From positions 1 through 45,154 of the forward strand of contig JAOPTW010000065.1 of assembly GCA_051532035.1 (NCBI GenBank): a stretch of 45,154 nt of DNA, written 5' to 3'. The position numbers and the translations under genes are program-made. The notes under the pieces are model-generated. The model searched no databases and was not told the origin of the DNA. It was given only the letters and a program-made list of their open reading frames with translations. This document shows, piece by piece, positions 1-10,402 of this stretch. Source of the DNA: Fibrobacterales bacterium. Its GTDB lineage: Bacteria > Fibrobacterota > Fibrobacteria > Fibrobacterales > JAOPTW01. How positions within the stretch are numbered: position 1 is the stretch's first letter; each line of letters begins with the position of its first letter.

Positions 1-961
1 CATCTTGCATTGCTTTACGACATGGGTCGATAGAGCGTTTTACAAGGTTTGCAGTTATTTTATCAAAATTAGCACGAGTAAGGCTCAAATCAAGGTGTTT
101 AGGGCCTGACGCATCTGCTGTGATAAATGGGAGATTGATCGATGCTGTAGACGTTGCAGAAAGGTCAATTTTAGCTTTTTCTGCAGCTTCTTTAAGGCGT
201 TGAAGAGCCATTTTATCACTTTTAAGATCAATACCAGGGTTTTGTCCTTTGAACTCATCACTGATCCAATCAATGATTGCTGAGTCAAAGTTATCACCAC
301 CAAGAAAAGTGTCGCCATTTGTAGAGAGTACTTCAAATACGCCATCACCGATTTCGAGGATAGATACATCGAAAGTACCGCCACCAAGGTCATATACAGC
401 TACTTTACCATTCTTATTGGTGTCGAGTCCATAAGCAAGTGCTGCTGCTGTAGGCTCATTTACAATACGAAGTACTTCGAGGCCAGCAATTTTACCAGCG
501 TCTTTAGTCGCTTGACGTTGTGAGTCATTGAAATATGCAGGTACGGTAACTACTGCTTGAGTAACAGTTTCACCAAGGTAATCTTCAGCTGTTTTCTTCA
601 TGTTTTGAAGAATGATTGCTGAGATTTCTGGTGGTGAGAAGTGCTTGTCGTCAATATCAACACGTACAGGGTCAGATGCTCCGCCTGAAAGGTGATATGG
701 AATATGTTTTTCGTCGTCGCTCACTTCTTCGTGGGTACGACCCATAAAGCGTTTGATAGAGTAGATTGTTTTTTCTGGGTTAGTGATTGCTTGACGTTTT
801 GCAACTTGTCCAACAAGACGCTCGCCATCTTTAGTAAAACCAACGATTGATGGGGTAGTACGTGCCCCTTCAGAGTTAGGGATTACTTCGGGCTTACCAC
901 CCTCCATTACAGAAACACATGAGTTTGTGGTTCCGAGGTCAATTCCAATTATTTTTGCCAT
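1..961 (-). CDS. dnaK: Chaperone DnaK/Hsp70 (5' part; continues beyond window start)
   Basis: Reading the minus strand from ATG at 961 gives [16 protein letters not shown], then [46 protein letters not shown] and HLGGDNFD, all Hsp70 ATPase motifs. It lies directly downstream of grpE and is missing from the ORF track because it is truncated. Confidence 0.98.
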   Translation of the reverse strand, partial: MAKIIGIDLGTTNSCVSVMEGGKPEVIPNSEGARTTPSIVGFTKDGERLVGQVAKRQAITNPEKTIYSIKRFMGRTHEEVSDDEKHIPYHLSGGASDPVRVDIDDKHFSPPEISAIILQNMKKTAEDYLGETVTQAVVTVPAYFNDSQRQATKDAGKIAGLEVLRIVNEPTAAALAYGLDTNKNGKVAVYDLGGGTFDVSILEIGDGVFEVLSTNGDTFLGGDNFDSAIIDWISDEFKGQNPGIDLKSDKMALQRLKEAAEKAKIDLSATSTASINLPFITADASGPKHLDLSLTRANFDKITANLVKRSIDPCRKAMQD

Positions 962-993
962 GATTTTCTCCGGTTGTTGTTATTAAAAATGTG

Positions 994-1620
994 TTATTCG
1001 CCTGCAGCTTCTGCTGGGCCTGATGACACGATTACTTTGGCGTGTCGTAAAACTTTTTCTTTTAATTTATACCCTTTCTGAAATACGGTAAGGACACTTC
1101 CTTCCTCAATATCTTCAGAAGGTTGTTGCATAAGTGCTTCATGTTCTTCTGGGTTGAAGACTGTATTTACAGGGTCAATAGTTTCGAGTCCTGCATCTTC
1201 AAGAATAGCGAAGAACTGCTCTTGAATCATCTTCATGCCTTTCTCAAAGCTCTCTAAATCAGGTGCTTTGTTTTCTTCCACAAATGCACGATCAAAATTA
1301 TCTAGAATATCACACTGTTTTGAAATAAGATTAGCATTCGCAGTTGCAACGAGGGTTAAGCTCTCTTTAGCGGTTCTTCGGCGATAGTTATCAAATTCAG
1401 CATGGAGTCTTAAATATTTATCATTTGCTTTATTGAGGCCTTCTTCAAGTTGCTCAATTGATTGAGATTCCGGCTCTTCAGTTGGTGATTCCTCTTCAGC
1501 GGTCTCTTCATTTTGAGATTCTGACTCTTCAGAAGAATCATTCTCTACAGGAGATTCTGTCTCAACGGTAGCTTCTACTTCTTTGTCTATTGTGTCAGTC
1601 GTTTCTTTTTCTTTAGTCAT
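994..1620 (-). CDS. grpE: Nucleotide exchange factor GrpE
   Basis: Motifs YLRLHAEFDNYRRR, LDNFDRA, FNPEEHEAL and VFQKGYKLKEKVLRHAKV, an acidic N-terminal tail, and adjacency to dnaK. Confidence 0.97.
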   Translation of the reverse strand: MTKEKETTDTIDKEVEATVETESPVENDSSEESESQNEETAEEESPTEEPESQSIEQLEEGLNKANDKYLRLHAEFDNYRRRTAKESLTLVATANANLISKQCDILDNFDRAFVEENKAPDLESFEKGMKMIQEQFFAILEDAGLETIDPVNTVFNPEEHEALMQQPSEDIEEGSVLTVFQKGYKLKEKVLRHAKVIVSSGPAEAAGE

Positions 1621-1654
1621 TATTCTTTCGAAGTAAGGGTTTTGCTTTTAATAG

Positions 1655-1670
1655 AGCAATTGGTGTGCCA
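1655..1670 (-). promoter_or_regulatory. Putative sigma54 (-24/-12) promoter of grpE-dnaK
   Basis: Minus strand reads TGGCACACCAATTGCT, matching TGGCAC-N5-TTGCW with correct GG-N10-GC spacing, about 35 bp upstream of the grpE ATG. Confidence 0.75.
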
Positions 1671-1764
1671 AATGCGCTATAATGAAACAATTATAGTTTT
1701 TTGGTCTGTTGGGGAGGTGTTTACTCTCTTCCGATTCATAAAATGAATAATGTGATTCAATTAG

Positions 1765-1803
1765 AAACGAAAAAGCGTTTCATGTTGAAACGCTTTTTCG
1801 TTT
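1765..1803. terminator. Intrinsic terminator hairpin
   Basis: Perfect 18-bp inverted repeat AAACGAAAAAGCGTTTCA-tgt-TGAAACGCTTTTTCGTTT, downstream of the 1846-5293 minus-strand operon. Confidence 0.8.
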
Positions 1804-1845
1804 TTGAATACACTAATGAGCCCTGTCAAGCACGCAAAGGCAGTG

Positions 1846-2814
1846 CTAAAAGAGTTTGCTTATTGTCATGTTCGTGAAAGTATCCTTGGTTTCAATGTCT
1901 GAGTAGACCCCAAGTCCAAGCTCTATATTATAGAGGAAATGAGAGAAAGGATGGTCCTTAAAATTTGATTTGAGGGACTCTAATTGAAAAGGATCTATAA
2001 TCAGACGAAGCCAAGAGGGGTCTTTTCTAGAATCATAGGGGCGTAACCGTATTGCAGTATTAAAAGAATAGGTTTGCTGGTAGATCTCATTTTTTAACCA
2101 TTGTCCACCAAAGTGACCTTTGATAGTTATAGCGTCATAAAAGACTTTTTCACCCGCAAGACTCACTTCAAATGATTTTTCCACATCTGCAAGAATGGTA
2201 AGCTTTGCCCCAGCTTGCCAGGTAGTACCACGCATGCCTGCTTTACTCGTAATATTGTAGTCAGAGTAGAGCAGTGAACCTTGGAATTTTTTATACCGAA
2301 CGGTCGCAGAGGGAACAATTGTTCTCTCTAACAACTCTTTTTCTCCACCAGGAAGGCGGTCATCGCCTTCTGGGTCGAGTAGCCGTGACATATAGTGGAC
2401 CCCAACTGCTGCATTAAAGTCTTTAGTATTCATACCTAAATGAGCGAGTGATATACCTGAACCCAAGACGAAGTACATTCGCTTATAGGTTTGTGATGGT
2501 TGTGCACTATTAATCGATTTCAGAGTATCAGAGAGATCCTTGGGCTCTTCATGAAATTTAAAATAGGTTTCTCGTGCACTAAATATATGGAACAGGGGTG
2601 CTTTGAGGGCGATAGCCTGTTGAGCATTTTGGCTAAATGAGTAGCTAAACGCACCTTGACTCTCCATACTGAGCTCTGAAGAAACTTCAGTATGCATTGG
2701 GTTGGGGAGTGCAGAATAGTAAAGTATTGGTGAAATAGGGTATCGGTGGTTTTGAAAGGCAGATACCGCAAAAGTGAGTGACAGGACTATGAGTGTTATT
2801 TTAAAAATATGCAT
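1846..2814 (-). CDS. Hypothetical secreted protein, probable outer-membrane beta-barrel
   Basis: 322-aa ORF with a signal peptide (..FAVSA/F), alternating beta-strand pattern, C-terminal Phe (TISKLF) and a GGAGG RBS. Confidence 0.65.
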   Translation of the reverse strand: MHIFKITLIVLSLTFAVSAFQNHRYPISPILYYSALPNPMHTEVSSELSMESQGAFSYSFSQNAQQAIALKAPLFHIFSARETYFKFHEEPKDLSDTLKSINSAQPSQTYKRMYFVLGSGISLAHLGMNTKDFNAAVGVHYMSRLLDPEGDDRLPGGEKELLERTIVPSATVRYKKFQGSLLYSDYNITSKAGMRGTTWQAGAKLTILADVEKSFEVSLAGEKVFYDAITIKGHFGGQWLKNEIYQQTYSFNTAIRLRPYDSRKDPSWLRLIIDPFQLESLKSNFKDHPFSHFLYNIELGLGVYSDIETKDTFTNMTISKLF

Positions 2815-2822
2815 GCTGCCTC

Positions 2823-3617
2823 CTATAGATTTTTGTGGGTGAAGGTTATAGATAGGGCAAAGAGACCACCAATGTTTTGGCTCTCTTTTTCAATTGCGAG
2901 ATCGGGCTCATCTTTGTTGATAACCATATAGGTCGAAGGGTCTTTTCTGTAATTACCCGAAATAGATATGTTGTTTGTGATTTCAGTTTGAAAGCCAAGA
3001 GCAATAAAAAACTCGTCAACTTCTCCAAGAAGTTCTGTCGAACCACCACTTGCACCCTCTACGGTAAAAGATAAGGGAAGGGGATTACCGCTAAAGTCAG
3101 CAGCTTGAAGCTTTATGCCACCCATAATATAGGCTTTGGAAATGGCAAATGAGATACCCGCTGATACTTCAGGTGAAAGTATCGGAAAGCGATGGTGAAA
3201 TGTTGCGACGGTATAGAGGCCATAGTTGTAGTTTACTCCACCTGCAACCGCCCATGGGCCCTTGTTGTGAAATCCATATTTAAGGGAGGGAAGGGGAATC
3301 ATTGTACGTCTTGATCCATACCCTTTCTTTTGTTCATGGGGGTCGTTACCTGGTCTATTTTGGACAAATCCCGGGGTATTACTTAATGAGATTTCAAGAG
3401 GATTTCCGAGAAAACTGATAACGCCATACCCAGCAAGATGGTGAAAAATCATATTTACTTGTTCAAGATTCGTCTGTTTACTCCCGACTAAAAATCCAAA
3501 TTTTGAGTTTTCAGGAGTTAAAGCATTAGGTGTGTAGTGATATCCGGTCATACCGTAGTAACTGATCTGCCCGTATGATAGGGTTCCCAGTAAAAGAAGT
3601 AGTGCTAAGATTCTCAT
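2823..3617 (-). CDS. Secreted YjbH-like outer-membrane beta-barrel protein
   Basis: Likely start is MRILALLLLLG at 3617 (GGAGG RBS, overlapping the upstream stop). The N-terminal SYYGMTGYHYTPNA resembles the YjbH-family start motif, and the protein is beta-strand rich. Confidence 0.55.
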   Translation of the reverse strand: MRILALLLLLGTLSYGQISYYGMTGYHYTPNALTPENSKFGFLVGSKQTNLEQVNMIFHHLAGYGVISFLGNPLEISLSNTPGFVQNRPGNDPHEQKKGYGSRRTMIPLPSLKYGFHNKGPWAVAGGVNYNYGLYTVATFHHRFPILSPEVSAGISFAISKAYIMGGIKLQAADFSGNPLPLSFTVEGASGGSTELLGEVDEFFIALGFQTEITNNISISGNYRKDPSTYMVINKDEPDLAIEKESQNIGGLFALSITFTHKNL

Positions 3618-5293
3618 AGTGAACCTCCAATAAAAATGAATGATAGTAATGCGATAATTGAAGCGGGAATAGTCCAAAAGTGTGAACGTTTTTCAGTATG
3701 TTCAACCTCTATAGTGCGACGTTCATCGCGGTCAACGGTGATGACCTCTTTTTCAGTAGTGTAGATACTACTTAATGTGATACTGTGTTCACCACGTGCC
3801 AACTCAATTTCTGTTGTGATAAGGTTGCCGTGATATTCCCCATCTATAAAAAGATCAATTGCTGTTTCACCATTATTGGTAAAAGTGACGATTGCCGGTT
3901 TTTCAATCAGCTCTTTCTCAATTCTGAGTTCTCTATCTGCATTAATGACTATAGTATCGGTAAAGGTGAAATAGCCCTGTTTATGGAGGCTTATAACATA
4001 GACACCAATATCGAGGCTATTTTTGTGTACAGGGAGCGCTGTTCCGAGGAGTATAGAATCACCTGTTGCTGTTGAAACGTTTGCAGTGACAGCAGCTTGC
4101 CCAGATACAAGGGTTAATTTCCCTTTCTGTTTCTTGAGGTCGGTTGATACTATGGTTGTTTCACCAGGTTTAATGGTGATCTGTTCTTTGTGTTCTTGAT
4201 AAGTACCTTTTTTAATTCTGATAACTGAGGTTCCCGGTTTCTTATTTTGAATAACTAAAGGGGTGAGCCCAATTTTAACATCATCAAGATAAACGAGGGC
4301 ATTTGAAGGCATTGATTCAACTGAAATTTCTCCTGGAATAACCTCCATAAGTCCTTTAATCTCTGAAAGTTGTCCGGATTGAATGTTTATCTTTTCGCTC
4401 CAAACCTGAAAGTTTGTTTTGCGAAGCTGGACTTCATACTTACCCTCTTCTAGAGTATTGAGGGAGAGTGGAGTGACGCCGGCTTTTTTGTTATTGAGGT
4501 AGACTTCTGCGCCTACGGGCTCAGAGAGAATACTCAATTTACCCGGGAGGGTTTCGAGAATCACTTGAATATCTCGGTTGGTACGAGGTTTGATCTCTAT
4601 CACCCCTTCATGGCTTTTGTAACCACCGGCCATTACCTTCAATTTATATGACCCTTCAAGTAGATTTGGGATATTAAGGCCACTTCCTTTTTCGGTTTTA
4701 CCTATAAATTGGTCATCAAGGTATACTTCACCTTCTACAGGATATGCGGTAATTTTTAAGTTACCCATCCATTGTCTCAGGTATTTAATCTCAATGGTTT
4801 TAGCCAAGTCCGACACGATGGCGCGAAGATTATCGACATTCTTAACCGTTGCATACTCCGCAACAACAACCTGACCGGTTTCTGTTGAGATAAGGCGGGT
4901 GTCAATTTGAATAAGTCCATTGATAAGTGAAACCTCACCCGAAAGAATAACTTCTACCGAGTGCAATTTTTGAAGTTTTGAACGGGTTTCACGGGTAACC
5001 CCAAGTTGCTTGAGGGCCTTTTCATCAATTACCGTTTTGAGTTGTGAGCGCTCAAGAACCATAAAGTTGGTCTCATTTCTGAGATGGGTGTTGAGCATTG
5101 ATGTGATAGCTTCGCCATAGCCATTGTCGTTTGATTGTCGGTTGGAGTTCTCCAAAGTAAAAATCGCAATGGTGGGGGTTCGCTTTTTTAACTGATTCAG
5201 TTTTTCAGTTGCTGTGGGCTCTTCTGCAAAAAGTGCATGAACGAGCAAGGTCACAAGCAAAAGAGGGATAAGAAGTGTTCGATGCATACGCAT
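3614..5293 (-). CDS. CsgG/FlgO-like domain plus multiple PEGA domains, C-terminal membrane anchor
   Basis: Signal peptide; TIAIFTLEN..F.VLERSQL..ILSGEV..IDTRLISTETG (CsgG/TolB-N fold); repeated S.P.GA.VYLD...G.TPL PEGA units; hydrophobic C-terminus. Confidence 0.85.
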   Translation of the reverse strand: MRMHRTLLIPLLLVTLLVHALFAEEPTATEKLNQLKKRTPTIAIFTLENSNRQSNDNGYGEAITSMLNTHLRNETNFMVLERSQLKTVIDEKALKQLGVTRETRSKLQKLHSVEVILSGEVSLINGLIQIDTRLISTETGQVVVAEYATVKNVDNLRAIVSDLAKTIEIKYLRQWMGNLKITAYPVEGEVYLDDQFIGKTEKGSGLNIPNLLEGSYKLKVMAGGYKSHEGVIEIKPRTNRDIQVILETLPGKLSILSEPVGAEVYLNNKKAGVTPLSLNTLEEGKYEVQLRKTNFQVWSEKINIQSGQLSEIKGLMEVIPGEISVESMPSNALVYLDDVKIGLTPLVIQNKKPGTSVIRIKKGTYQEHKEQITIKPGETTIVSTDLKKQKGKLTLVSGQAAVTANVSTATGDSILLGTALPVHKNSLDIGVYVISLHKQGYFTFTDTIVINADRELRIEKELIEKPAIVTFTNNGETAIDLFIDGEYHGNLITTEIELARGEHSITLSSIYTTEKEVITVDRDERRTIEVEHTEKRSHFWTIPASIIALLSFIFIGGSL

Positions 5294-5400
5294 CTCCTTT
5301 AAGTTAATCGTTAAAAGTTAGACGATAAAATTAAAAAAAATGTGACAGCAAAAACAATAATGATAAATTAATTTTGATGAGCCTTACAATTGGGCAATCC

Positions 5401-6351
5401 CTAGTCTTCACATGAGGCCATGTAGTGCACAAAATTATTGAATATTGAGATATTTCCAAAGCCCCGTTGGGTATCACCTTTGAGGAGATTGAGCGTTTCG
5501 TAAATAGAAAGTTCTTCTTTATAGACTCGGTCTCTACTGGTCAGTGCTTCATATTTGTCGATGAACCCAATGAGGGATCCAATTTCTGATGCATCTTGAG
5601 TGCCTTGAGGGTATCCGGTTCCTTGAGGATTTTCGTGGTGCTCAAGAGCCGCCTGCAATACAATAGTATCGGTAATCCCTATTGCTTTTAAGATAGAATA
5701 GCCATTTTCAGGGTGTTGTTTGATAATTTCAAATTCTGATTGAGAAAGCTTTCCTGGTTTGTCCAAAATGGTATCGTCAATGAGGGTCTTGCCAATATCG
5801 TGAAAAAGTCCGGCAAGAGCGATTGATCTGGTCTCATTTGAATCGGGTTTACCGCCGTGATAGAGAGTGTAGCCAAGTGCAAGACACATAACGTTTGTGC
5901 TGTGTAGAGCAGTGGTGTAACTCATGTCTTCAAAGGGTTTTGTGAGAGCGTATAATGAGGAAGAGAGGTCTTGAAGTACCATGTCTATTGCAGAAATAAT
6001 ACCACTGAGCAAAACATTGCGGGGTTCTGAGAAAAAGTCGGTTACCAAACCAATGAGAATCTGCTTTACCCCTTTAATATCATTTGAATGGATGGATTCT
6101 GCAAGGAGTTCAGTGTAAGAATGTTGCACTTCGAGAAGGGCATTGAGTCTATCTGCTCTGCGGATAAAAAGTTGAGGGGTTTTTGCATGGGATATTCTCT
6201 TTTGAGAAATTATTGAGCCAGGCTCCTTGTAGAGCACCACCTCTTGCGTAAGAGAATCGAAGTAATACAGTGCCGTTTCGCAGTAAAATTGAATATGCGA
6301 AATACGAACAGGCACAAGGTCTGCTTGCGGTGTTGAAGAAATCATTCCCAT
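5401..6351 (-). CDS. HD-GYP domain protein (c-di-GMP phosphodiesterase)
   Basis: Motifs TALHS, LFHDIGK, ILDKPGKLS, HHENPQGTGYP and D.YEALTS.R.YK. Confidence 0.92.
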   Translation of the reverse strand: MGMISSTPQADLVPVRISHIQFYCETALYYFDSLTQEVVLYKEPGSIISQKRISHAKTPQLFIRRADRLNALLEVQHSYTELLAESIHSNDIKGVKQILIGLVTDFFSEPRNVLLSGIISAIDMVLQDLSSSLYALTKPFEDMSYTTALHSTNVMCLALGYTLYHGGKPDSNETRSIALAGLFHDIGKTLIDDTILDKPGKLSQSEFEIIKQHPENGYSILKAIGITDTIVLQAALEHHENPQGTGYPQGTQDASEIGSLIGFIDKYEALTSRDRVYKEELSIYETLNLLKGDTQRGFGNISIFNNFVHYMASCED

Positions 6352-6526
6352 CCCATAAAAGATTTCATATAGGGGTCTGTTAGCCTATAAATGCTAAACT
6401 GCCCATTTTTAATGTAGTCAATATTGTTTTCTTTGTGGAAAAAAATTGAGTTTTAAACACTAAAACCTATATTTGGGGCTGATTGGTGAACTCTCTAGGG
6501 GTTGTACCATAAACAGGATAGGTGTA

Positions 6527-8389
6527 GTGAATAAAAAATTTGATATAGTGGTTATTGGTGGGGGTCATGCAGGTGTTGAAGCTGCTCATGCTGGAGTAAA
6601 ACTCGGCATGAAGACAGCATTAATAACAATGGATGCTCAAGCTATTGCTCGAATGTCATGTAACCCTGCCATTGGTGGTGTTGCAAAAGGACAAATTGTT
6701 AGAGATGTTGATGCCCTTGGTGGTCTTATGGGGGTGTTTACTGATAAAACCGGTATTCAATTTAGAATGCTTAATGATTCTAAAGGTCCAGCAGTATGGG
6801 GACCCCGAGCTCAAGCTGATATGGACTACTACTCACGATATGCTACGGAATATATGCACTCCCTTGAGGGACTCGATATCATTGAAGGTGAATTGGCTTC
6901 TTTTGAAAAAATAGGAGATGACTACACACTCACGTTATCATCAAATGAGCAGTTCCAAACAAAAGCTATAATCATCACTGCAGGAACTTTTTTAGATGCC
7001 CTTATGCATGTCGGAGATGAACAGACCGTTGGTGGACGTGTAGGTGAACGAGCATCGGTAACTTTGGCTCACTGTATTCAAAAAGCGGGTATACAGGCAA
7101 GACGTCTTAAGACAGGGACACCTGCACGACTCAAGGCGAGCAGTATCAACTTTTCACAGACTGAAATCCAGCATGGCGACAGTGAACCTTTTCCTTTTTC
7201 ATCACATACTGAAGATAACCTCGTTAATAAAGCGACTTGTTGGATTGTGCGTACAACTAAAGAGACCCATGATATTTTACGGTCGGGATTTGATAGAAGC
7301 CCTATGTTTACCGGAGTCATTAAAGGACTTGGGCCACGGTACTGTCCATCAATAGAAGATAAAGTATCGAGGTTTCCTGACAGAGATTCACACCAACTTT
7401 TTCTAGAGCCCGAAGGCCTTGATAATGAGCGAATTTATCTCAACGGGTTTTCATCAAGCCTCCCGAAAGATGTTCAGGATGCAGCCCTTCGCTCACTACC
7501 TGGGTTTAAAAATGTCGAAGTCATTCGCTATGGGTATGCCGTTGAATACGATGCCATCTATGCGACTCAGCTCCAGCCAACGTTAGAATGCAAAGACGTT
7601 TCCGGCCTCTATTTTGCTGGGCAGGTGAATGGGACATCTGGATACGAAGAAGCTGCAGGCCAAGGGCTCATTGCAGGGATCAATGCTGCGTTAAAAATTA
7701 AAGGTGAGGAACCATTTATTCTTGGTCGTTCAGAGTCTTATATCGGTGTAATGGTTGATGATTTAGTGACACTGGATATTGATGAACCTTATAGAATGTT
7801 TACTTCTCGTGCAGAGTATCGTCTCTTTTTGCGCCAAGACAATGCAGAGAATCGACTCACAAAAATAGGCTATACACTGGGGATGGTAGAAGAAGACCAT
7901 TTTAATGGCTTTCAAGAAGGCCTTGAAAGAATCGCTTCAGCCCGAAAGTTTCTTGAAAATACTCTCGTAACTATGGAGAGTGTCAATCCCTATTTGGAGG
8001 CTGTTAATTCATCACTCCTCAAAGAGTCTGTCCGCGCGATAACACTGGTTAAGCGCCCTCATGTCGAATTCGAAAAAGTTTTAGAGATTACTGAATTTGA
8101 CTTACCTCTGAGTAGAAAAGAGCGACTCACTCTCTATGCAGATATACTATACATGGGCTTTTATGAGCGTCAAGAACGTGAGATTGAGAAACAGAAACGG
8201 TTAGAGACAATGCGGTTTCCGGAGGGGTTTGATTTCATGGCAGCCGAAGCAATTTCTATGGAAGCTCGTCATAAACTCACCGCTTTTAAACCAATGACTC
8301 TTGGGCAAGCATCTAAAGTAGGGGGAGTAAGACCTCCAGATATATCAGCTCTTATCTATTACATTGAAAAGGGACACTCTGCACAATAA
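6527..8389 (+). CDS. mnmG: tRNA uridine 5-carboxymethylaminomethyl modification enzyme MnmG (GidA)
   Basis: Motifs VIGGGHAGVEAA, MSCNPAIGG, GPRYCPSIEDK, AGQVNGTSGYEEAAGQG and EPYRMFTSRAEYRL. Start moved to GTG at 6527 (ORF track gives 6473). Confidence 0.97.
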   Translation: MNKKFDIVVIGGGHAGVEAAHAGVKLGMKTALITMDAQAIARMSCNPAIGGVAKGQIVRDVDALGGLMGVFTDKTGIQFRMLNDSKGPAVWGPRAQADMDYYSRYATEYMHSLEGLDIIEGELASFEKIGDDYTLTLSSNEQFQTKAIIITAGTFLDALMHVGDEQTVGGRVGERASVTLAHCIQKAGIQARRLKTGTPARLKASSINFSQTEIQHGDSEPFPFSSHTEDNLVNKATCWIVRTTKETHDILRSGFDRSPMFTGVIKGLGPRYCPSIEDKVSRFPDRDSHQLFLEPEGLDNERIYLNGFSSSLPKDVQDAALRSLPGFKNVEVIRYGYAVEYDAIYATQLQPTLECKDVSGLYFAGQVNGTSGYEEAAGQGLIAGINAALKIKGEEPFILGRSESYIGVMVDDLVTLDIDEPYRMFTSRAEYRLFLRQDNAENRLTKIGYTLGMVEEDHFNGFQEGLERIASARKFLENTLVTMESVNPYLEAVNSSLLKESVRAITLVKRPHVEFEKVLEITEFDLPLSRKERLTLYADILYMGFYERQEREIEKQKRLETMRFPEGFDFMAAEAISMEARHKLTAFKPMTLGQASKVGGVRPPDISALIYYIEKGHSAQ

Positions 8390-8412
8390 CATGTGACAGT
8401 GCTCAGGTATGC

Positions 8413-9096
8413 ATGCTCAAAGTAAATGAAATTTTTTATTCCATCCAAGGAGAGGGTATCTATACGGGAGTCCCGTCGATATTCATTCGGTTAGCTGGAT
8501 GTAACCTTCGTTGTAATTGGTGTGATACACCGTATGCTTCGCATCGTGCAGAGGGTACAATGATGGAACGTTCTGCTATCCTTGATTTATGCCGCTCATA
8601 TACAGGTGCAGCACATGTGGTAATAACAGGCGGCGAACCGTTTATTCATAAAAATCTCACTGATCTTGTTGCTGACTGTAAACAAGCAGAGTATCATGTA
8701 ACAATTGAAACCGCCGGTACTATCTATTTAGAAACAGCAGCTGACTTTATATCACTTTCGCCCAAGCTTTTGAATGCCACACCTACTGATGGGAGTTGGC
8801 AAAAGAAACATGAAGCACTCAGAAAAAATAATAGTGTACTGAGAAGTTTTATGACTTATCATGATGTTCAGTTAAAATTTGTCGTTGGTACTTATGGCGA
8901 TGTAGAAGAGGTTGCCGCATGGTTAGGTGAGCTCCCTAAAATTGCACCAGACCGCATTCTTCTTATGCCCCAAGCATTAAATGCAGAAGCTCAACAGATG
9001 ATCTCTCAAGAGGTTATAGAGTGGTGTAAAGAACGAGGGTATCGCTTTTGCTATCGTTTACATACTCAAGTATGGGGCGGGAAACCTGGGGTGTAG
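8413..9096 (+). CDS. queE: 7-carboxy-7-deazaguanine synthase (radical SAM)
   Basis: Motifs EIFYSIQGEG, FIRLAGCNLRCNWCDT (CxxxCxxC), VITGGEP, SLSPKL and RLH..VWG. Confidence 0.92.
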   Translation: MLKVNEIFYSIQGEGIYTGVPSIFIRLAGCNLRCNWCDTPYASHRAEGTMMERSAILDLCRSYTGAAHVVITGGEPFIHKNLTDLVADCKQAEYHVTIETAGTIYLETAADFISLSPKLLNATPTDGSWQKKHEALRKNNSVLRSFMTYHDVQLKFVVGTYGDVEEVAAWLGELPKIAPDRILLMPQALNAEAQQMISQEVIEWCKERGYRFCYRLHTQVWGGKPGV

Positions 9097-9124
9097 ATAG
9101 CAAAACAGAATGCTGAACAGTCTG

Positions 9125-10402
9125 TTAGCGTTCTGTACCTTTTGCTTGTTTTACTCGATACATCTCTTCATCCGCTTTATTAAAATACTCTTCGGAATTG
9201 TCAGAACCATTGTATTCAATAACGCCAAATGAAATTCCAGTCAAATTCTCAGATTTTTTGAGTCGGGCATAAGTCTCTTCAATGAGGTTACATTTTTCTA
9301 TTGCCCTCTCATAATTAAGACCATTCAATAAGATTACAAATTCATCACCACCTACACGATATGCTCTGTCACGATCTTCACGGATATTAGGTAAAATCGA
9401 TTGTGTAAGATGCTGAAGCGCTTGATCACCAGCAGCATGACCGACAGTGTCATTGAGTGCTTTAAAGCGGTCCATGTCGAGCATGAGCATGGTTAATGGA
9501 GATTTATCTCTACGAGTATTTTGCAGAATTACATCAATATCTTCTAAATATTGTCGTTTGTTATAGAGACCAGTAAGCCCATCAGTTGATGCCATCTTTT
9601 TAAGTGACGCTGCTTTATCTCTCAATTTTTGTTCGGTAATCGCTTTTTGGATTATCTCTTCTTGAGCGTCTTTAAGGTTTCCGGTCATACTATTGAATGC
9701 TTCGGCTAGGTCTCCCAATTCATTTCGTGGGATAATATCAATTTTGTGGCTTAAATTACCGGTACCCAGAATTCGAATCCCTTCAACGAGTGGTTTAATA
9801 GGGGAGAGTACTTTGTAAATAAGGCCATAGGTAAAAAGAATGCCGACTAAGAGAATAATTCCGGTAATAATTAAAACATCTTGTTGGCCCCGTTTAATGG
9901 CTTCATTGATGCCTTCATCATTCATACCAATACGAGCAACACCTAAATATTTTTTATTAAAAAAGATAGGACGGTAGAGGTTGAAATAGGTCATGCCATC
10001 TTTTTGATGCTCTCTGAGGACACCGGACCGGCGCTTTTTTATTATGTGTTGAGAGGCACGGTCAGAAAGCACTCTTTTTTGAAGTTGTGCATCTTTATGG
10101 ATAATGACTCGACCATTAATATCTTGTAAGAGAACTTCTTGAATACCTTCTTCATTAGATATTTCGTCAATCATGTCGTACATACTGAGATCCATTGTAG
10201 GATCTTCATTGACAAGACGTTCTTTACAGATAGAACCCCATGAGCGTAAAATAGAGTTACCGCGTAAAATTCGTTCTTTAACTAAGAGTTCTTTTTGGTG
10301 ATTTGCATTTATCAGGGCTGAAATTACAAATAGAGAGGTGATAAGTAAAATAATCAGCGTCAGGAACTGAAAACGAATGCCAAATCTTCTTTTTCCCTTC
10401 AT
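9125..10402 (-). CDS. Membrane diguanylate cyclase (2 TM, periplasmic sensor, HAMP, GGDEF)
   Basis: Two TM helices; HAMP (NELGDLAEAFNSM); DGLTGLYN, DMDRFK.LND..GH.AGD and RVGGDEF. Confidence 0.93.
   Translation of the reverse strand: MKGKRRFGIRFQFLTLIILLITSLFVISALINANHQKELLVKERILRGNSILRSWGSICKERLVNEDPTMDLSMYDMIDEISNEEGIQEVLLQDINGRVIIHKDAQLQKRVLSDRASQHIIKKRRSGVLREHQKDGMTYFNLYRPIFFNKKYLGVARIGMNDEGINEAIKRGQQDVLIITGIILLVGILFTYGLIYKVLSPIKPLVEGIRILGTGNLSHKIDIIPRNELGDLAEAFNSMTGNLKDAQEEIIQKAITEQKLRDKAASLKKMASTDGLTGLYNKRQYLEDIDVILQNTRRDKSPLTMLMLDMDRFKALNDTVGHAAGDQALQHLTQSILPNIREDRDRAYRVGGDEFVILLNGLNYERAIEKCNLIEETYARLKKSENLTGISFGVIEYNGSDNSEEYFNKADEEMYRVKQAKGTER

Noticed and set aside
85..434. Short ORFs listed at the window start
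   Set aside because: Alternative-frame or antisense shadows of dnaK.
1621..1760. CIRCE element upstream of grpE
   Set aside because: No TTAGCACTC-N9-GAGTGCTAA dyad is present; a sigma54 motif fits better.
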